Below are positions 31,544 through 41,457 of a stretch of DNA of 64,000 bases, one piece after another. The notes under the pieces were generated by a model. The model was not told the origin of the DNA, made no database searches, and was given only the letters and a program-made list of their open reading frames with translations. Source of the stretch: Patescibacteria group bacterium (GTDB lineage Bacteria; Patescibacteriota; UBA1384; 2-12-FULL-50-11); contig BOKZ01000001.1 of NCBI GenBank assembly GCA_016861245.1, forward strand, positions 551,006-615,005. Reading direction: 5' to 3'. Within the stretch, counting starts at the first letter, position 1, and each line of letters opens with the position of its first letter. The position numbers and the translations under genes were made by a program.

Positions 31544-31872
31544 TGGCTAGAATTCTAAAAGGCGACAAAGTACTAATTATTGCCGGCAAGGACCGAAACA
31601 AGGTTGGCGTGGTTGAAAATGTTTTCCCTACCGAGCAAAAAGTTGTTGTGGCAGGAATAAATATTGTTAAAAAACACTTAAAAAAGTCGATGCAAAATCC
31701 GCAAGGCGGCGTTATTGAGAAAACTGCACCGATACATATCTCAAACGTTATGTTGCTCGATCCGGCAAAGAATAAACCAACCCGAATTGGTTATATCGTA
31801 ACGCCAAAAGATAAAAACCGCGTCACAAAGCTTAGCAACGAAGTTGTTCGGCAGAACAAAGAGAAGAAATAA
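31543..31872 (+). CDS. rplX: 50S ribosomal protein L24
   Basis: KGDKVLIIAGKD, PIHISNV. Confidence 0.98.
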   Translation: MARILKGDKVLIIAGKDRNKVGVVENVFPTEQKVVVAGINIVKKHLKKSMQNPQGGVIEKTAPIHISNVMLLDPAKNKPTRIGYIVTPKDKNRVTKLSNEVVRQNKEKK

Positions 31873-32417
31873 TGTCTATTATTAACGTCAAAGAAAATTA
31901 TCAGGCAAACGTCAAAGAACTCCAGCAGAAGCTAGATGTACCGAACGTTTGGGCGCTACCTAGAATTACGAAGGTTAGCGTCAATGTCGGGCTTGGTCAG
32001 CACCGGGCTAATAAAGAGATGGTTAGCTATATCCAAGATACGCTGACAATCATCACCGGGCAGAAAGCTGTACCAACAAAAGCCAAGAAAGCGATCGCTG
32101 GATTTAAGATCCGTGAGGGTGACGTCGTTGGTATGCGAGTAACGCTTCGAGGAGCTAAGATGAACGATTTTCTTAATCGTTTAATTAATATTAGTCTTCC
32201 ACGAATTCGTGATTTTAAAGGAATTGAAAAGAAATGTTTGGATAAACAAGGCAATCTAACGATCGGTCTACGTGATCAAGTTCCGTTTGCCGAACTCGGT
32301 CACGACGCAATGGAGAAGCAGTTCGGTTTAACAATCACTGTCTCGATAAAAAATTCGGATCCAGAAAAGAGTTTCGTTATGCTTCAGACTCTTGGTTTTC
32401 CGATGAGAATCCAGTAA
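31872..32417 (+). CDS. rplE: 50S ribosomal protein L5
   Basis: [22 protein letters not shown]. Confidence 0.99.
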   Translation: MSIINVKENYQANVKELQQKLDVPNVWALPRITKVSVNVGLGQHRANKEMVSYIQDTLTIITGQKAVPTKAKKAIAGFKIREGDVVGMRVTLRGAKMNDFLNRLINISLPRIRDFKGIEKKCLDKQGNLTIGLRDQVPFAELGHDAMEKQFGLTITVSIKNSDPEKSFVMLQTLGFPMRIQ

Positions 32418-32430
32418 AATTGAATCTGTT

Positions 32431-32610
32431 ATGGCAAGTAAACGATACACCACTGGCAAAGTTCCAAAATTCAAAACCCGCATCGTCAATCGTTGCGCAC
32501 TTTGTGGACGTAACCGCGGCTATCTGCGTAAGTTTGGGATTTGCCGAATTTGTTTTCGTGAGCGTGCCAGTAGCGGTGAAATTCCAGGTATCAGAAAGGC
32601 ATCGTGGTAA
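32431..32610 (+). CDS. rpsN: 30S ribosomal protein S14, zinc-binding type Z (not in ORF track)
   Basis: [59 protein letters not shown]. Confidence 0.97.
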   Translation: MASKRYTTGKVPKFKTRIVNRCALCGRNRGYLRKFGICRICFRERASSGEIPGIRKASW

Positions 32611-32677
32611 ATAAATATGTATCATTACTTCGCTCAGAAACCTTTGCAGAAATCCATGAATATTTTTAGAGGCGCTC

Positions 32678-33049
32678 ATGTATAACGACACTGTTAGCGA
32701 TTTTTTAACCCGACTCCGCAACAGCTCACTCTCCGGCAAGAAAGTGGCGAAAGTTCGTTATAGTAAAATGGTTACTGATATCGCTGAGATTCTTAAAAAA
32801 GAAGGTTTTATTATTTCGATCGATCGCGACGGTAACGAGATGGATATCGTATTAAATAGCGAGACTCCGTTTACACACATTAAGCGTATCAGCAAGCCTG
32901 GCATCCGACGTTACGTTAAATCAAGCGAAATACCAACACCACGTAGCGGTTTTGGTATGGTAATCATTTCAACGCCAAAAGGTGTCTTAACTGGTCAGCA
33001 AGCAAAAAAACAAAAAGTCGGCGGCGAATTAGTTTGTGAGGTCTGGTAA
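32678..33049 (+). CDS. rpsH: 30S ribosomal protein S8
   Basis: DFLTRLRN, RISKPGIRRY, ISTPKGV. Confidence 0.98.
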   Translation: MYNDTVSDFLTRLRNSSLSGKKVAKVRYSKMVTDIAEILKKEGFIISIDRDGNEMDIVLNSETPFTHIKRISKPGIRRYVKSSEIPTPRSGFGMVIISTPKGVLTGQQAKKQKVGGELVCEVW

Positions 33050-33591
33050 TGTCACGAATCGGAATTAAACCAGTTGTAGTTAATGACGGCGTCACTGTTA
33101 CGGTTGAGCCAACGAGTATTACCGCAAAGGGCCCACTTGGCGAACTTTCGATCGCGTTGCCGCACGGAATTTCCGTAACTCAGAAAGATAACAAAATGAC
33201 CGTTGCTCGTTTGAGCGATGCAAAGCAGTATCGGGCATTGCACGGTACGGTTCGTAACCTTCTTCACAACATTATTACAGGTGTCTCAACTGGGTTTACT
33301 AAAAAATTAGAATTAGTTGGTATCGGCTATAGAGCAGCGATCGAAGGGAACGACTTAGTATTACAAGTCGGGTATACTCACCCAGTCCGAATGACGATTC
33401 CCGAAGGACTTCAAGCTAAAGTTGAGAAGAACGTGATTACAGTTACAGGCGCCGATAAACAACGTCTCGGTCAGTTCTGCGCAGAGGTCCGTCAAGTCCG
33501 CAAGCCTGAACCGTACAAGGGCAAGGGTATCCGCTACCAAGGTGAGCACGTTCGTATGAAACAAGGTAAGGCGATGAAGGCAGCGGCGTAA
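33049..33591 (+). CDS. rplF: 50S ribosomal protein L6
   Basis: MSRIG, RKPEPYKGKGIRY. Confidence 0.99.
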   Translation: MSRIGIKPVVVNDGVTVTVEPTSITAKGPLGELSIALPHGISVTQKDNKMTVARLSDAKQYRALHGTVRNLLHNIITGVSTGFTKKLELVGIGYRAAIEGNDLVLQVGYTHPVRMTIPEGLQAKVEKNVITVTGADKQRLGQFCAEVRQVRKPEPYKGKGIRYQGEHVRMKQGKAMKAAA

Positions 33592-33593
33592 AA

Positions 33594-33920
33594 ATGATAA
33601 ACAGAAATAAAATTCACACTAAATTGCGGTTCAAAGTTTCTGGCACAGCCAGCCGGCCTCGTTTAGCAGTCTATCGAAGCTTGCAAAATGTTTTTGCGCA
33701 GTTGATCGACGACGAGAATGGTGTCACACTTGCCAGTGCTTCTTCACTTAAAGAAAAAGGATCACTAACACAGAAAGCCAAGATCGTCGGTGGAGCAATC
33801 GCTAAGGCTGCGGCTGAGAAAAAGATAAAGACGGCTGTATACGATCGCGGCGGATTTGCGTACAAAGGCGCGGTTAAGACGCTTTGCGAAGCAGCACGAG
33901 AGAACGGATTAACGATATAA
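33594..33920 (+). CDS. rplR: 50S ribosomal protein L18
   Basis: RPRLAVYRS, AQLIDD, DRGGFAY. Confidence 0.98.
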   Translation: MINRNKIHTKLRFKVSGTASRPRLAVYRSLQNVFAQLIDDENGVTLASASSLKEKGSLTQKAKIVGGAIAKAAAEKKIKTAVYDRGGFAYKGAVKTLCEAARENGLTI

Positions 33921-33921
33921 A

Positions 33922-34422
33922 ATGGTACGAGATAAAAACGATATCAGCGAAGAGATAATTATCACCGAAGCACCAGAGATGTTGGAGCGCGTAGTTGGAG
34001 TTGATCGAATTTCGCGAACCGTTAAAGGTGGTCGTCGGATCCGTTTCAGAGCGCTGATCATTATCGGCGATCGTAACGGTAAGGTTGGTATGGGAGTTGC
34101 GAAGGCAAACGACGTACAGACCGCAATCGCTAAAGCTAAAAACAAAGCAAATAAATCGATGATCGAAGTGCCGATCGTTAACGACAGTATTGCTCACGAG
34201 GTGATGCAAGTATTCGGAACTACCCGCGTGATCTTAAAACCAGCACCGAAGGGTCACTCAATTATCGCTGGTGGAGCTGTTCGCTCGGTCGTTGAGCTTT
34301 GCGGAATTAAAAATATTGTTAGTAAATCACTTGGTAGCTCCAACGCGATCAATAACGCAACAGCAACGTTTCTAGCACTACAACAGCTAAAAATTAACCC
34401 TGTTAAGCGAGGTCAAAAATGA
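33922..34422 (+). CDS. rpsE: 30S ribosomal protein S5
   Basis: [23 protein letters not shown]. Confidence 0.98.
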   Translation: MVRDKNDISEEIIITEAPEMLERVVGVDRISRTVKGGRRIRFRALIIIGDRNGKVGMGVAKANDVQTAIAKAKNKANKSMIEVPIVNDSIAHEVMQVFGTTRVILKPAPKGHSIIAGGAVRSVVELCGIKNIVSKSLGSSNAINNATATFLALQQLKINPVKRGQK

Positions 34423-34832
34423 GCGTAACGAAGCTATTTAAAGACATGCGCGACACTAAATCTCGACGACTTGGTCGTGGTATCGGCTCGACTAAAGGTA
34501 AAACCGCCGGTCGCGGTACGAAGGGTCAGAAATCTCGAGCTGGAGCTAGTCGAAAAATTAAGCCGTGGTTTGAAGGTGGACAGACCCCGCTATTTCGAAA
34601 GTTAGCTAAAAAGCGCGGATTTTCTCTCGATAAAGTTGAGAAAGTAACTATTACAACTACAGTTCTTAACGCTTTTTATAAATCGGGTGAGACTGTTTCG
34701 CCACAAACCCTGCTTGAGAAAAAGCTAATTCGCGCTAACAAACTTAAGTCACGAATAAAAATTGTTGTTCGGGCACCGCTGGCGCACAAGCTCACATTTG
34801 AAGGTGTACAAACCTCAGCAGCCCTAAAATAA
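34419..34832 (+). CDS. rplO: 50S ribosomal protein L15
   Basis: [30 protein letters not shown]. Confidence 0.98.
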   Translation: MSVTKLFKDMRDTKSRRLGRGIGSTKGKTAGRGTKGQKSRAGASRKIKPWFEGGQTPLFRKLAKKRGFSLDKVEKVTITTTVLNAFYKSGETVSPQTLLEKKLIRANKLKSRIKIVVRAPLAHKLTFEGVQTSAALK

Positions 34833-34835
34833 CTG

Positions 34836-36104
34836 ATGTGGTCTTATTTGCTCCAAGTTTGGCAGTCAAAAGACCTCAGAACAAAGATTCTCTTCACAGT
34901 AGGGATTCTCTTGTTTGTTCGTATCGTTGCCCATATTCCGTTGCCAGCGATCGATCGAGATCAACTTGCAGCGTTTCTTGGACAACAAGAGAACCAAGTA
35001 TTCGGTTTTCTTAGTTTATTTACCGGAGGCTCGCTTAGCCGTCTTTCTATCGATTTACTCGGTGTCGGACCGTACATTACGGCTTCTATCATCGTCCAAA
35101 TTCTCACTAAAGCAATTCCGAAATGGGATGAGATTAGTAAAGAAGGTAACAGCGGTCGCGAGAAGCTCAACCAATACACACGATACCTCAGCGTGCCGCT
35201 TGCTTTAATTCAGGGTTACGCCACAATTACCCTCCTAAAGAGTCAGAATATTCTAACCCTATTAACTACTGAAGATATTATTAAGATTCTTATTACTATC
35301 ACAGCATCAAGTATCTTCGTGATGTGGCTCGGCGAGCTTATCTCGGAGAAAGGTATCGGTAACGGAATCTCGTTAATTATTGCTCTTGGTATCGTCGCAG
35401 GCTTACCGCAACAAATTAGCAACACCGCCAATATTATTGAGTCGGGTAATCTAATAAGTCTTCTAATATTCGGCGCGATCGGATTATTGGTTATTGCGGT
35501 AATAATTATGGTTAATGAGGCGGAGCGAAAAGTACCGATTCAGTATGCACGTCGAACGATCGGTTCCGGTCGAGCCGTTGATAGTCACTTGCCGCTCCGG
35601 GTAAATACCGCCGGAGTTGTTCCGATTATTTTCGCGTTAAGTTTCTTAACGTTTCCGACGCTAATTGCTCGATTTCTTTCTACGGCAAAATCAGACAAGA
35701 TCGTCGAATTTGCTAATAAAGTTACCGAGCTATCCTCGAATAATTTGTACTACGGACTATCGTACTTCCTTTTGGTATTTGGATTTACATATTTTTATAC
35801 TTACATCGTTTTTCAACCAAATCAGGTAGCAGAGAATTTGCAGAAGCAGGGTAGTTTTATTCCAGGTATTCGTCCGGGCAGCGAAACGGCGGCGTTTTTA
35901 AAGTATACAATCGGTCGTATCACCTTTATCGGTGCCACTTTCTTATCGGCGATCGCTGTTTTACCGATTGTCGTTCAGTCGATAACCGATATCTCAACGC
36001 TGGTACTCGGCGGCACAAGCTTGCTAATCGTTGTGTCGGTAGTAATAGAAACCAGCCGACAGCTCTCCAGCCAGCTGATAATGAGAAAGTACGATACTGT
36101 TTAG
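34836..36104 (+). CDS. secY: Preprotein translocase SecY
   Basis: PYITASII, GIGNGISL, FIPGIRPG, GGTSLLIVV. Confidence 0.99.
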   Translation: MWSYLLQVWQSKDLRTKILFTVGILLFVRIVAHIPLPAIDRDQLAAFLGQQENQVFGFLSLFTGGSLSRLSIDLLGVGPYITASIIVQILTKAIPKWDEISKEGNSGREKLNQYTRYLSVPLALIQGYATITLLKSQNILTLLTTEDIIKILITITASSIFVMWLGELISEKGIGNGISLIIALGIVAGLPQQISNTANIIESGNLISLLIFGAIGLLVIAVIIMVNEAERKVPIQYARRTIGSGRAVDSHLPLRVNTAGVVPIIFALSFLTFPTLIARFLSTAKSDKIVEFANKVTELSSNNLYYGLSYFLLVFGFTYFYTYIVFQPNQVAENLQKQGSFIPGIRPGSETAAFLKYTIGRITFIGATFLSAIAVLPIVVQSITDISTLVLGGTSLLIVVSVVIETSRQLSSQLIMRKYDTV

Positions 36105-36141
36105 CAAGCGTCGGTTGTAAAAGCGTGTTAGGATTTAGTAT

Positions 36142-36831
36142 ATGAATATTCCAACAAGTGCGTTAATCGTTACCGTTTTACTTTTTGGCTTTTTAACTGG
36201 ATCAACGTTGTTTTTCTACAACAAAACCAGGGTGGAGAAAACTCAGAAAACTGAGCAAGTTAACTCGTTTAACGCTGAGCTACCGAAAAGTGTCGACGCT
36301 AACACTCCTGACGAAGTTGATGCCGCTACCAAACCGGCTGAGCCAAAGGGGCGACCGTCGTACCCAGCTAATGTCTACACCGTTAGTCCGAAAGAAACGC
36401 TCTTTGCAATCGGCAATAAATTTAATATGCCCTGGACGCTAATTGTCGAGGCTAACGGCTTAAGCGACGCCAACGTTATTCAAGCTAACTTTCCGTTAGT
36501 CATTCCAAAATACAACAAGAATACTGATTATTTTCGGGTTAACTTCGTTTTGAATGAAGATAAATTAACAGAAATGAATCGCGAACTCCGTGACGCTAAA
36601 GAGAGTGAGTATTTTGATCCGATCAAAGTCGCTAAAAAGCACGCCGTGCCGTACTTTGCCGTTAACGAGCATGATAGTTTCTCGCTGATTGAAGAGGATA
36701 GAAGTAAAGGAACGGCATTAGTTGAGGCAAAATCTGAGCGCCAAACCAATGTCATTGGGCTGATACAGCCGAAAACCAAAGGCGAAAAAGGTCTCTGGGT
36801 AGTTTTATACGTTGAAAGACATGAACAGTAA
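36142..36831 (+). CDS. Membrane-anchored LysM-domain protein
   Basis: N-terminal TM; YTVSPKETLFAIGNKFN...IVEANGL...IQANFPLVIP LysM pattern. Confidence 0.85.
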   Translation: MNIPTSALIVTVLLFGFLTGSTLFFYNKTRVEKTQKTEQVNSFNAELPKSVDANTPDEVDAATKPAEPKGRPSYPANVYTVSPKETLFAIGNKFNMPWTLIVEANGLSDANVIQANFPLVIPKYNKNTDYFRVNFVLNEDKLTEMNRELRDAKESEYFDPIKVAKKHAVPYFAVNEHDSFSLIEEDRSKGTALVEAKSERQTNVIGLIQPKTKGEKGLWVVLYVERHEQ

Positions 36832-37411
36832 TATTCCAGTGTATCTTGTCTTTGGTCCGCAAGGTTCGGGCAAAAGTACTCAAGCCGAGTTATTGAGCGA
36901 GAAACTCTCTATCCCGTATTTCGACGCTGGTAACGAATTGCGACGCTTTGTTGAAACAGATTCAGACGAGGCAAATATTGTTCGCTCCAAGATGCAAAAC
37001 GGTCAGTTAGTCAGTAATGATATACTGCGTCGGCTATTTTCTCAGTTTATGGAAACGCATAACTGTAGTAACGGGATAGTGGCAGACGGATTTCCAAGAA
37101 ATATCACCCAGGTTGAGTTACTCACGGAATTGGCCGAGCAACACCGATGGCAGGTAATTGGCCTATTTATTGATATTTCTGATGAGATCGCTAAGGAACG
37201 ACTTTCGAAGCGCTTTTCAGTTGTTGACGGCAAGAAGGTAGTTCGAAGCGATGATCAGCCCGCTATTGTTGAAAAGCGTTTACAAGTATTCAAGCGAGAG
37301 ACTTTGCCGGTTTTAGAATATCTTAAACAGCATTTTACCCTGCATGTTATCGACGGTACGCCGTCTATTGAAGAAGTACATAAGCAAGTGCTAACTGCTA
37401 TTAATGGATAA
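36821..37411 (+). CDS. adk: Adenylate kinase (short LID)
   Basis: GPQGSGKSTQ, DGFPR, RSDD. Confidence 0.95.
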   Translation: MNSNIPVYLVFGPQGSGKSTQAELLSEKLSIPYFDAGNELRRFVETDSDEANIVRSKMQNGQLVSNDILRRLFSQFMETHNCSNGIVADGFPRNITQVELLTELAEQHRWQVIGLFIDISDEIAKERLSKRFSVVDGKKVVRSDDQPAIVEKRLQVFKRETLPVLEYLKQHFTLHVIDGTPSIEEVHKQVLTAING

Positions 37412-38135
37412 ATTTAAACGAGACTCGCTGACGCAAGCCGGCAAACTAGCTGCCGCCATCCATCGCGAAGTCGCAAAAAAAATTAAGCCCGGCTTGAATC
37501 TTCTGGAGATAGAGCAGTATGTGGATGAACGAATTAGAAAAAGTGGGATGTTGCCCGCTTTTTACGGGTATAAAGGCTACAAATTCGCGACGTGTTTATC
37601 GGTAAACGAAGAGATTGTCCACGGGCTACCGCACGACTACACCTTAGCAGCGGGTGACATTATTTCCGTTGATCTAGGGGTTAGCTGCAACGGTTGGATG
37701 GTTGATACAGCTCGAACGCACGCGGTTGGTAAAATTACGCCAAAGCTACAACAGTTGTTGGCTAGTACAAACCAAGCACTCTCGGTAGCAATTAATGAAG
37801 CAAAAGTCGGTAATACTGTCGGTGATATCGGCGCAGTTGTTGAGAAAACTGTTAAAGATGCCGGATTTTTCGTGGTTAAGGAATTGACTGGTCACGGTGT
37901 CGGGAAAACGCTCCAGGAACCGCCGACGGTGCCAAATTTCGGTCGCAAGGGGAGCGGAACGCAATTAAAGGTAGGTATGGTGATCGCAATTGAACCCATT
38001 ACCTCTGTTGATCAAACTGATATCGCTGTCTTGTCAGACGGTTGGACAATCATCGCTCGCAACGGTTCGCCGTGCGCTCATTTTGAAGATACGGTTCTAA
38101 TTACCGAAGACGGACCCGTTGTCTTGACTGCATAA
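37404..38135 (+). CDS. map: Methionine aminopeptidase type I
   Basis: SVNEEIVHGLP, DTART, GHGVG, AIEP, AHFEDT. Confidence 0.97.
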   Translation: MDKFKRDSLTQAGKLAAAIHREVAKKIKPGLNLLEIEQYVDERIRKSGMLPAFYGYKGYKFATCLSVNEEIVHGLPHDYTLAAGDIISVDLGVSCNGWMVDTARTHAVGKITPKLQQLLASTNQALSVAINEAKVGNTVGDIGAVVEKTVKDAGFFVVKELTGHGVGKTLQEPPTVPNFGRKGSGTQLKVGMVIAIEPITSVDQTDIAVLSDGWTIIARNGSPCAHFEDTVLITEDGPVVLTA

Positions 38136-38153
38136 GGGTAAATTAGGTATAAT
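38124..38153 (+). promoter_or_regulatory. sigma70 promoter for infA / alpha operon
   Basis: TTGACT-N18-TATAAT, 9 nt before infA ATG. Confidence 0.65.
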
Positions 38154-38162
38154 TTTTCCCAG

Positions 38163-38384
38163 ATGTCGGAAAAAGAAGGAGTAATTGCGCTTGATGGTCT
38201 CGTTGACGAGGCGCTGCCAAATACTCAGTTTCGCATCATACTCGATAACGGGCAGACCGTTACTGGTTACGTCTCGGGGAAAATTCGAAAACACAGGATT
38301 AAAATTTTACCCGGCGACAGAGTAACCGTAGAGTTAAGCCCGTACGATTTAGAAAAAGGAAGGATCACCAAGCGACTTACCTAA
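38163..38384 (+). CDS. infA: Translation initiation factor IF-1
   Basis: [29 protein letters not shown]. Confidence 0.98.
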   Translation: MSEKEGVIALDGLVDEALPNTQFRIILDNGQTVTGYVSGKIRKHRIKILPGDRVTVELSPYDLEKGRITKRLT

Positions 38385-38406
38385 CCGGTAAATCGCAGAC
38401 AATATC

Positions 38407-38520
38407 ATGAAAGTGCACGCAGGTGCGAAAAAGAGATGTCTCAAGTGTCGAATTGTCCGCCGCAAGGGGGTCGTTCGGGTGATCTGCGAAAATCCACGAC
38501 ATAAACAACGACAAGGATAA
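38407..38520 (+). CDS. rpmJ: 50S ribosomal protein L36 (not in ORF track)
   Basis: [37 protein letters not shown]. Confidence 0.98.
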   Translation: MKVHAGAKKRCLKCRIVRRKGVVRVICENPRHKQRQG

Positions 38521-38521
38521 T

Positions 38522-38908
38522 ATGCCAAGAATTGCCGGAGTAAACATACCAGACCATAAACGAGTCGAGATTGGCTTGACGTATGTTTTTGGAGTTGGTC
38601 CGAGTAATGTGATGAATATTCTTGCGAAAGTTAAGGTAACTGGTAACCCGAAGTTTTCTGAACTTTCTCAAGAAACCGTCGATGCGATTCGTAATATTGT
38701 CGAGAAAGAAATGACAGTCGAGGGTGACTTACGTCAGGTTGTTAATCAGAACATCCGTCGCTTAAAAGAAATCGCTTCGTATCGTGGCACCCGCCACGCT
38801 CGTAACTTACCGGTACGTGGTCAGCGAACTAAAACTAACAGCCGTACCAAACGCGGTAAACGCGTTACTGTCGGATCTGGTCGTAAGAAATCAGCAGCAA
38901 AGACATAA
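38522..38908 (+). CDS. rpsM: 30S ribosomal protein S13
   Basis: RIAGVNIP, LPVRGQRTKTN. Confidence 0.99.
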   Translation: MPRIAGVNIPDHKRVEIGLTYVFGVGPSNVMNILAKVKVTGNPKFSELSQETVDAIRNIVEKEMTVEGDLRQVVNQNIRRLKEIASYRGTRHARNLPVRGQRTKTNSRTKRGKRVTVGSGRKKSAAKT

Positions 38909-38913
38909 ACTAA

Positions 38914-39309
38914 ATGGCAAAATCAACCAACAAAGCAGTTAAGAGCAAGCAAATTCAGCCAGTATCAGATATTCGTATCTCGATTTACTCTTCATTTAAT
39001 AACACAATAATTACCGCTAGTGCTTACCACACCGGAGAAGTACTATCTTGGACATCTTCAGGCAAGGTTGGGTTTAAGGGTACGAAAAAAGGAACGCCGT
39101 ACGCTGCTACTACAGCCATGAAACAACTTCTTGAGCAATTAGCCCCTTACAAGCCCGAAAACGCGTATATGTTTGTTTCTGGCGCAGGTAACGGCCGCGA
39201 CGCAGCGCTACGAGCTCTCTCAGGCTCAGGTTTAAAAGTTAGTAAGATACAAGACGTAACACCGTTACCACATAACGGTTGCCGACCTAAAAAAGCGAGG
39301 AGAGTATGA
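38914..39309 (+). CDS. rpsK: 30S ribosomal protein S11
   Basis: SFNNTII, DVTPLPHNGCRP. Confidence 0.99.
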   Translation: MAKSTNKAVKSKQIQPVSDIRISIYSSFNNTIITASAYHTGEVLSWTSSGKVGFKGTKKGTPYAATTAMKQLLEQLAPYKPENAYMFVSGAGNGRDAALRALSGSGLKVSKIQDVTPLPHNGCRPKKARRV

Positions 39310-39809
39310 GTACAGCCGCAAAACCAACCCAACAAAAAGCCCGACAGAAAAAAATCACAGAGTACGGTCAACAGCTCATTGAAAAGCAGAAAACCCGACG
39401 CGCTTACGGTTTGCGTGAAGCGCAGTTTCGTCGCTACTTTACAGCTGCCACTAAATTCCGCGGGCAAACTGGTGTTGTTTTACTACAAAGTTTAGAGCGA
39501 CGACTTGATAACGTGTTATTCCGAGCTGGTTTAACAAAATCTCGAGCTCAGGCTCGTCAAACTGTTAGCCACCGTCATGTATTACTTAATCGTCATCGCG
39601 TTAGCGTCCCATCACAACAGGTAAACGTTGGCGATGTAATCGAATTTTACAAAAAAGGCGAGGTTACGTTTTACCCAGAAATCCCACAAGCCGATTGGCT
39701 TAAAGTTGACAAGAAAACTGGTCGAATCACAGTTGAGCGTCTACCAGAAGCTGCCGACTTACCGATTGAGTTTGATACCCAGAAAATTATTGAGTTCTAC
39801 TCACGATAA
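39306..39809 (+). CDS. rpsD: 30S ribosomal protein S4 (short, 167 aa)
   Basis: EYGQQLIEKQK, LERRLDNV, ARQTVSHRH, IIEFYSR. Confidence 0.97.
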   Translation: MSTAAKPTQQKARQKKITEYGQQLIEKQKTRRAYGLREAQFRRYFTAATKFRGQTGVVLLQSLERRLDNVLFRAGLTKSRAQARQTVSHRHVLLNRHRVSVPSQQVNVGDVIEFYKKGEVTFYPEIPQADWLKVDKKTGRITVERLPEAADLPIEFDTQKIIEFYSR

Positions 39810-39878
39810 TAGGGTGTAGGGATTTGAACCATAAGATAAAAAACGATATAATAACTAGGCAAAATATTTGGAGGACGT

Positions 39879-40670
39879 ATGTCATATAAACTACCAGAAG
39901 TATCATTAATGCAGGTTAAACAAGAGCGCTCTGAAGGTAATTCAGCAACTTTTGTGATCGAACCGCTTTCCCCAGGCTTTGGCCTAACAATGGGTAACGC
40001 GCTTCGTCGTGTCTTGCTTTCGTCTCTCGAAGGCGCAGCAATCACTTCGATTCGGATTGACGGTGTAAGCCATGAATTCTCAACGATTAAAGGCGTTCGA
40101 CAAGATGTAGTCGACATTATTCTTAATCTTAAGCAAATCCGTTTACAGCTTGACGGTGACGAACCTCAAGTTATTATTCTCGATGCCAAAGGATCCAAAA
40201 AAGTAAAAGCCGGCGATTTCAAATGCCCAACTGGCGTCAAAATCGTTAACAAAGATCTTGAAATTGCAGAGCTCACAGAAGGCGGCAAGATTTTACTTGA
40301 AGCAACTGTTGAACGAGGTCGCGGATATCTCCCAACCGAACTTCGCAAGGAAGAAAAACTACCGATCGGCGTCATCGCCATCGATGCCGCGTTTTCTCCA
40401 GTTACACGAGTTAACTTCCAAACAGAAAATACACGTGTTGGTAAAATGACGAACTTCGACAAACTCGTACTTGAGATTGATACTGACGGTACGATTACAC
40501 CGCACCAAGCGCTCGAAAGCTCCTCAGCGATTTTAGTTGAGCATTTCTCAGTGGTTTCTGGTATTCCAGCTGCCGCTGTCGAACAAGCAGAGATCCCTGC
40601 AGAAGAAGTTAGCGCTGAGGAAGAAGAAAAACCAAAGGCGAAGCGCGCAACCAAAAAAGCCGCTAAGTAA
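39879..40670 (+). CDS. rpoA: RNA polymerase alpha subunit (NTD only, no CTD)
   Basis: EPLSPGFGLTMGNALRRVLLSSL, DAAFSPV, TRVG; ends in a low-complexity acidic/basic tail. Confidence 0.98.
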   Translation: MSYKLPEVSLMQVKQERSEGNSATFVIEPLSPGFGLTMGNALRRVLLSSLEGAAITSIRIDGVSHEFSTIKGVRQDVVDIILNLKQIRLQLDGDEPQVIILDAKGSKKVKAGDFKCPTGVKIVNKDLEIAELTEGGKILLEATVERGRGYLPTELRKEEKLPIGVIAIDAAFSPVTRVNFQTENTRVGKMTNFDKLVLEIDTDGTITPHQALESSSAILVEHFSVVSGIPAAAVEQAEIPAEEVSAEEEEKPKAKRATKKAAK

Positions 40671-40672
40671 CT

Positions 40673-41086
40673 ATGAAACGAACGATCCGAGCACAAGCTG
40701 ATTTCAAAAACACACTGATGCGAAATCAGCTAACTTCGCTCGTATTGTTCGAATCCATTACCACCACAAAGGCCAAAGCCAAGGCAGTTCTACCGTTTAT
40801 CAACTCTTTCTTCAATAAGGTTCGTGTAGCTGATCTAACGGCTAAACGCCTGGCACATCAAACATTGTTTGACAAAAATGCTGTTAAAAAAACTTTCGAG
40901 GAGATTTTACCTCGATACAAGAAAGAAGAGACCACATTTGTTCGACCGTTCCGAATGATGCCACGTAAAGGTGACGCAGCTGAGATGGTTATGATCTCCT
41001 TAATCCGACCACTGGAAGTAAGGGCTGAGAAAGTAACAGCCACAAAAGCTAAAACAGCGAAGGTAGCAACAAAGGAAGCTAAGTAA
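40673..41086 (+). CDS. rplQ: 50S ribosomal protein L17
   Basis: ITTTKAKAK, RKGDAAEM; follows rpoA. Confidence 0.95.
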   Translation: MKRTIRAQADFKNTLMRNQLTSLVLFESITTTKAKAKAVLPFINSFFNKVRVADLTAKRLAHQTLFDKNAVKKTFEEILPRYKKEETTFVRPFRMMPRKGDAAEMVMISLIRPLEVRAEKVTATKAKTAKVATKEAK

Positions 41087-41457
41087 TGCAAAAAGTTGAA
41101 CGAACAACACATCAGATCGACGCTTCAGGAAAAATTCTCGGTCGCTTAGCAACAGAAATTGCTACATTGCTGCGCGGAAAAAACAAAGTTGGCTTCACAT
41201 TTCACCAAGATCACGGCGATCGTGTGGTTGTAGTTAACGCAGAGAAAATTCGCGTAACTGGTCGGAAAGAACAGCAAAAGATGTATTACCGTCACTCGAC
41301 CTATCCGGGTGGACTGCGAGAGATGAACTACGCCGAACTCAAGAAAACACACCCAGAGCGCATCATCGAATTGGCTGTAAAAACCATGCTACCAGATAAT
41401 CGACTACGCGATCAGTGGATAAAGCGTTTAACAGTAATTGTGGGAGAAAAGAAATAA
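41086..41457 (+). CDS. rplM: 50S ribosomal protein L13
   Basis: IDASGKILGRLA, GDRVVVVNAEK, YYRHSTYPGGL. Confidence 0.98.
   Translation: MQKVERTTHQIDASGKILGRLATEIATLLRGKNKVGFTFHQDHGDRVVVVNAEKIRVTGRKEQQKMYYRHSTYPGGLREMNYAELKKTHPERIIELAVKTMLPDNRLRDQWIKRLTVIVGEKK

Noticed and set aside
32420-32614. 64-aa ORF in the supplied track between rplE and rpsH
   Set aside because: Off-frame shadow of the true rpsN (32431-32610).
39811-39830. Minus-strand GGTTCAAATCCCTACACCC resembling a tRNA T-arm/att scar between rpsD and rpoA
   Set aside because: Too short; no rest of a cloverleaf and no matching tRNA or element in the window.
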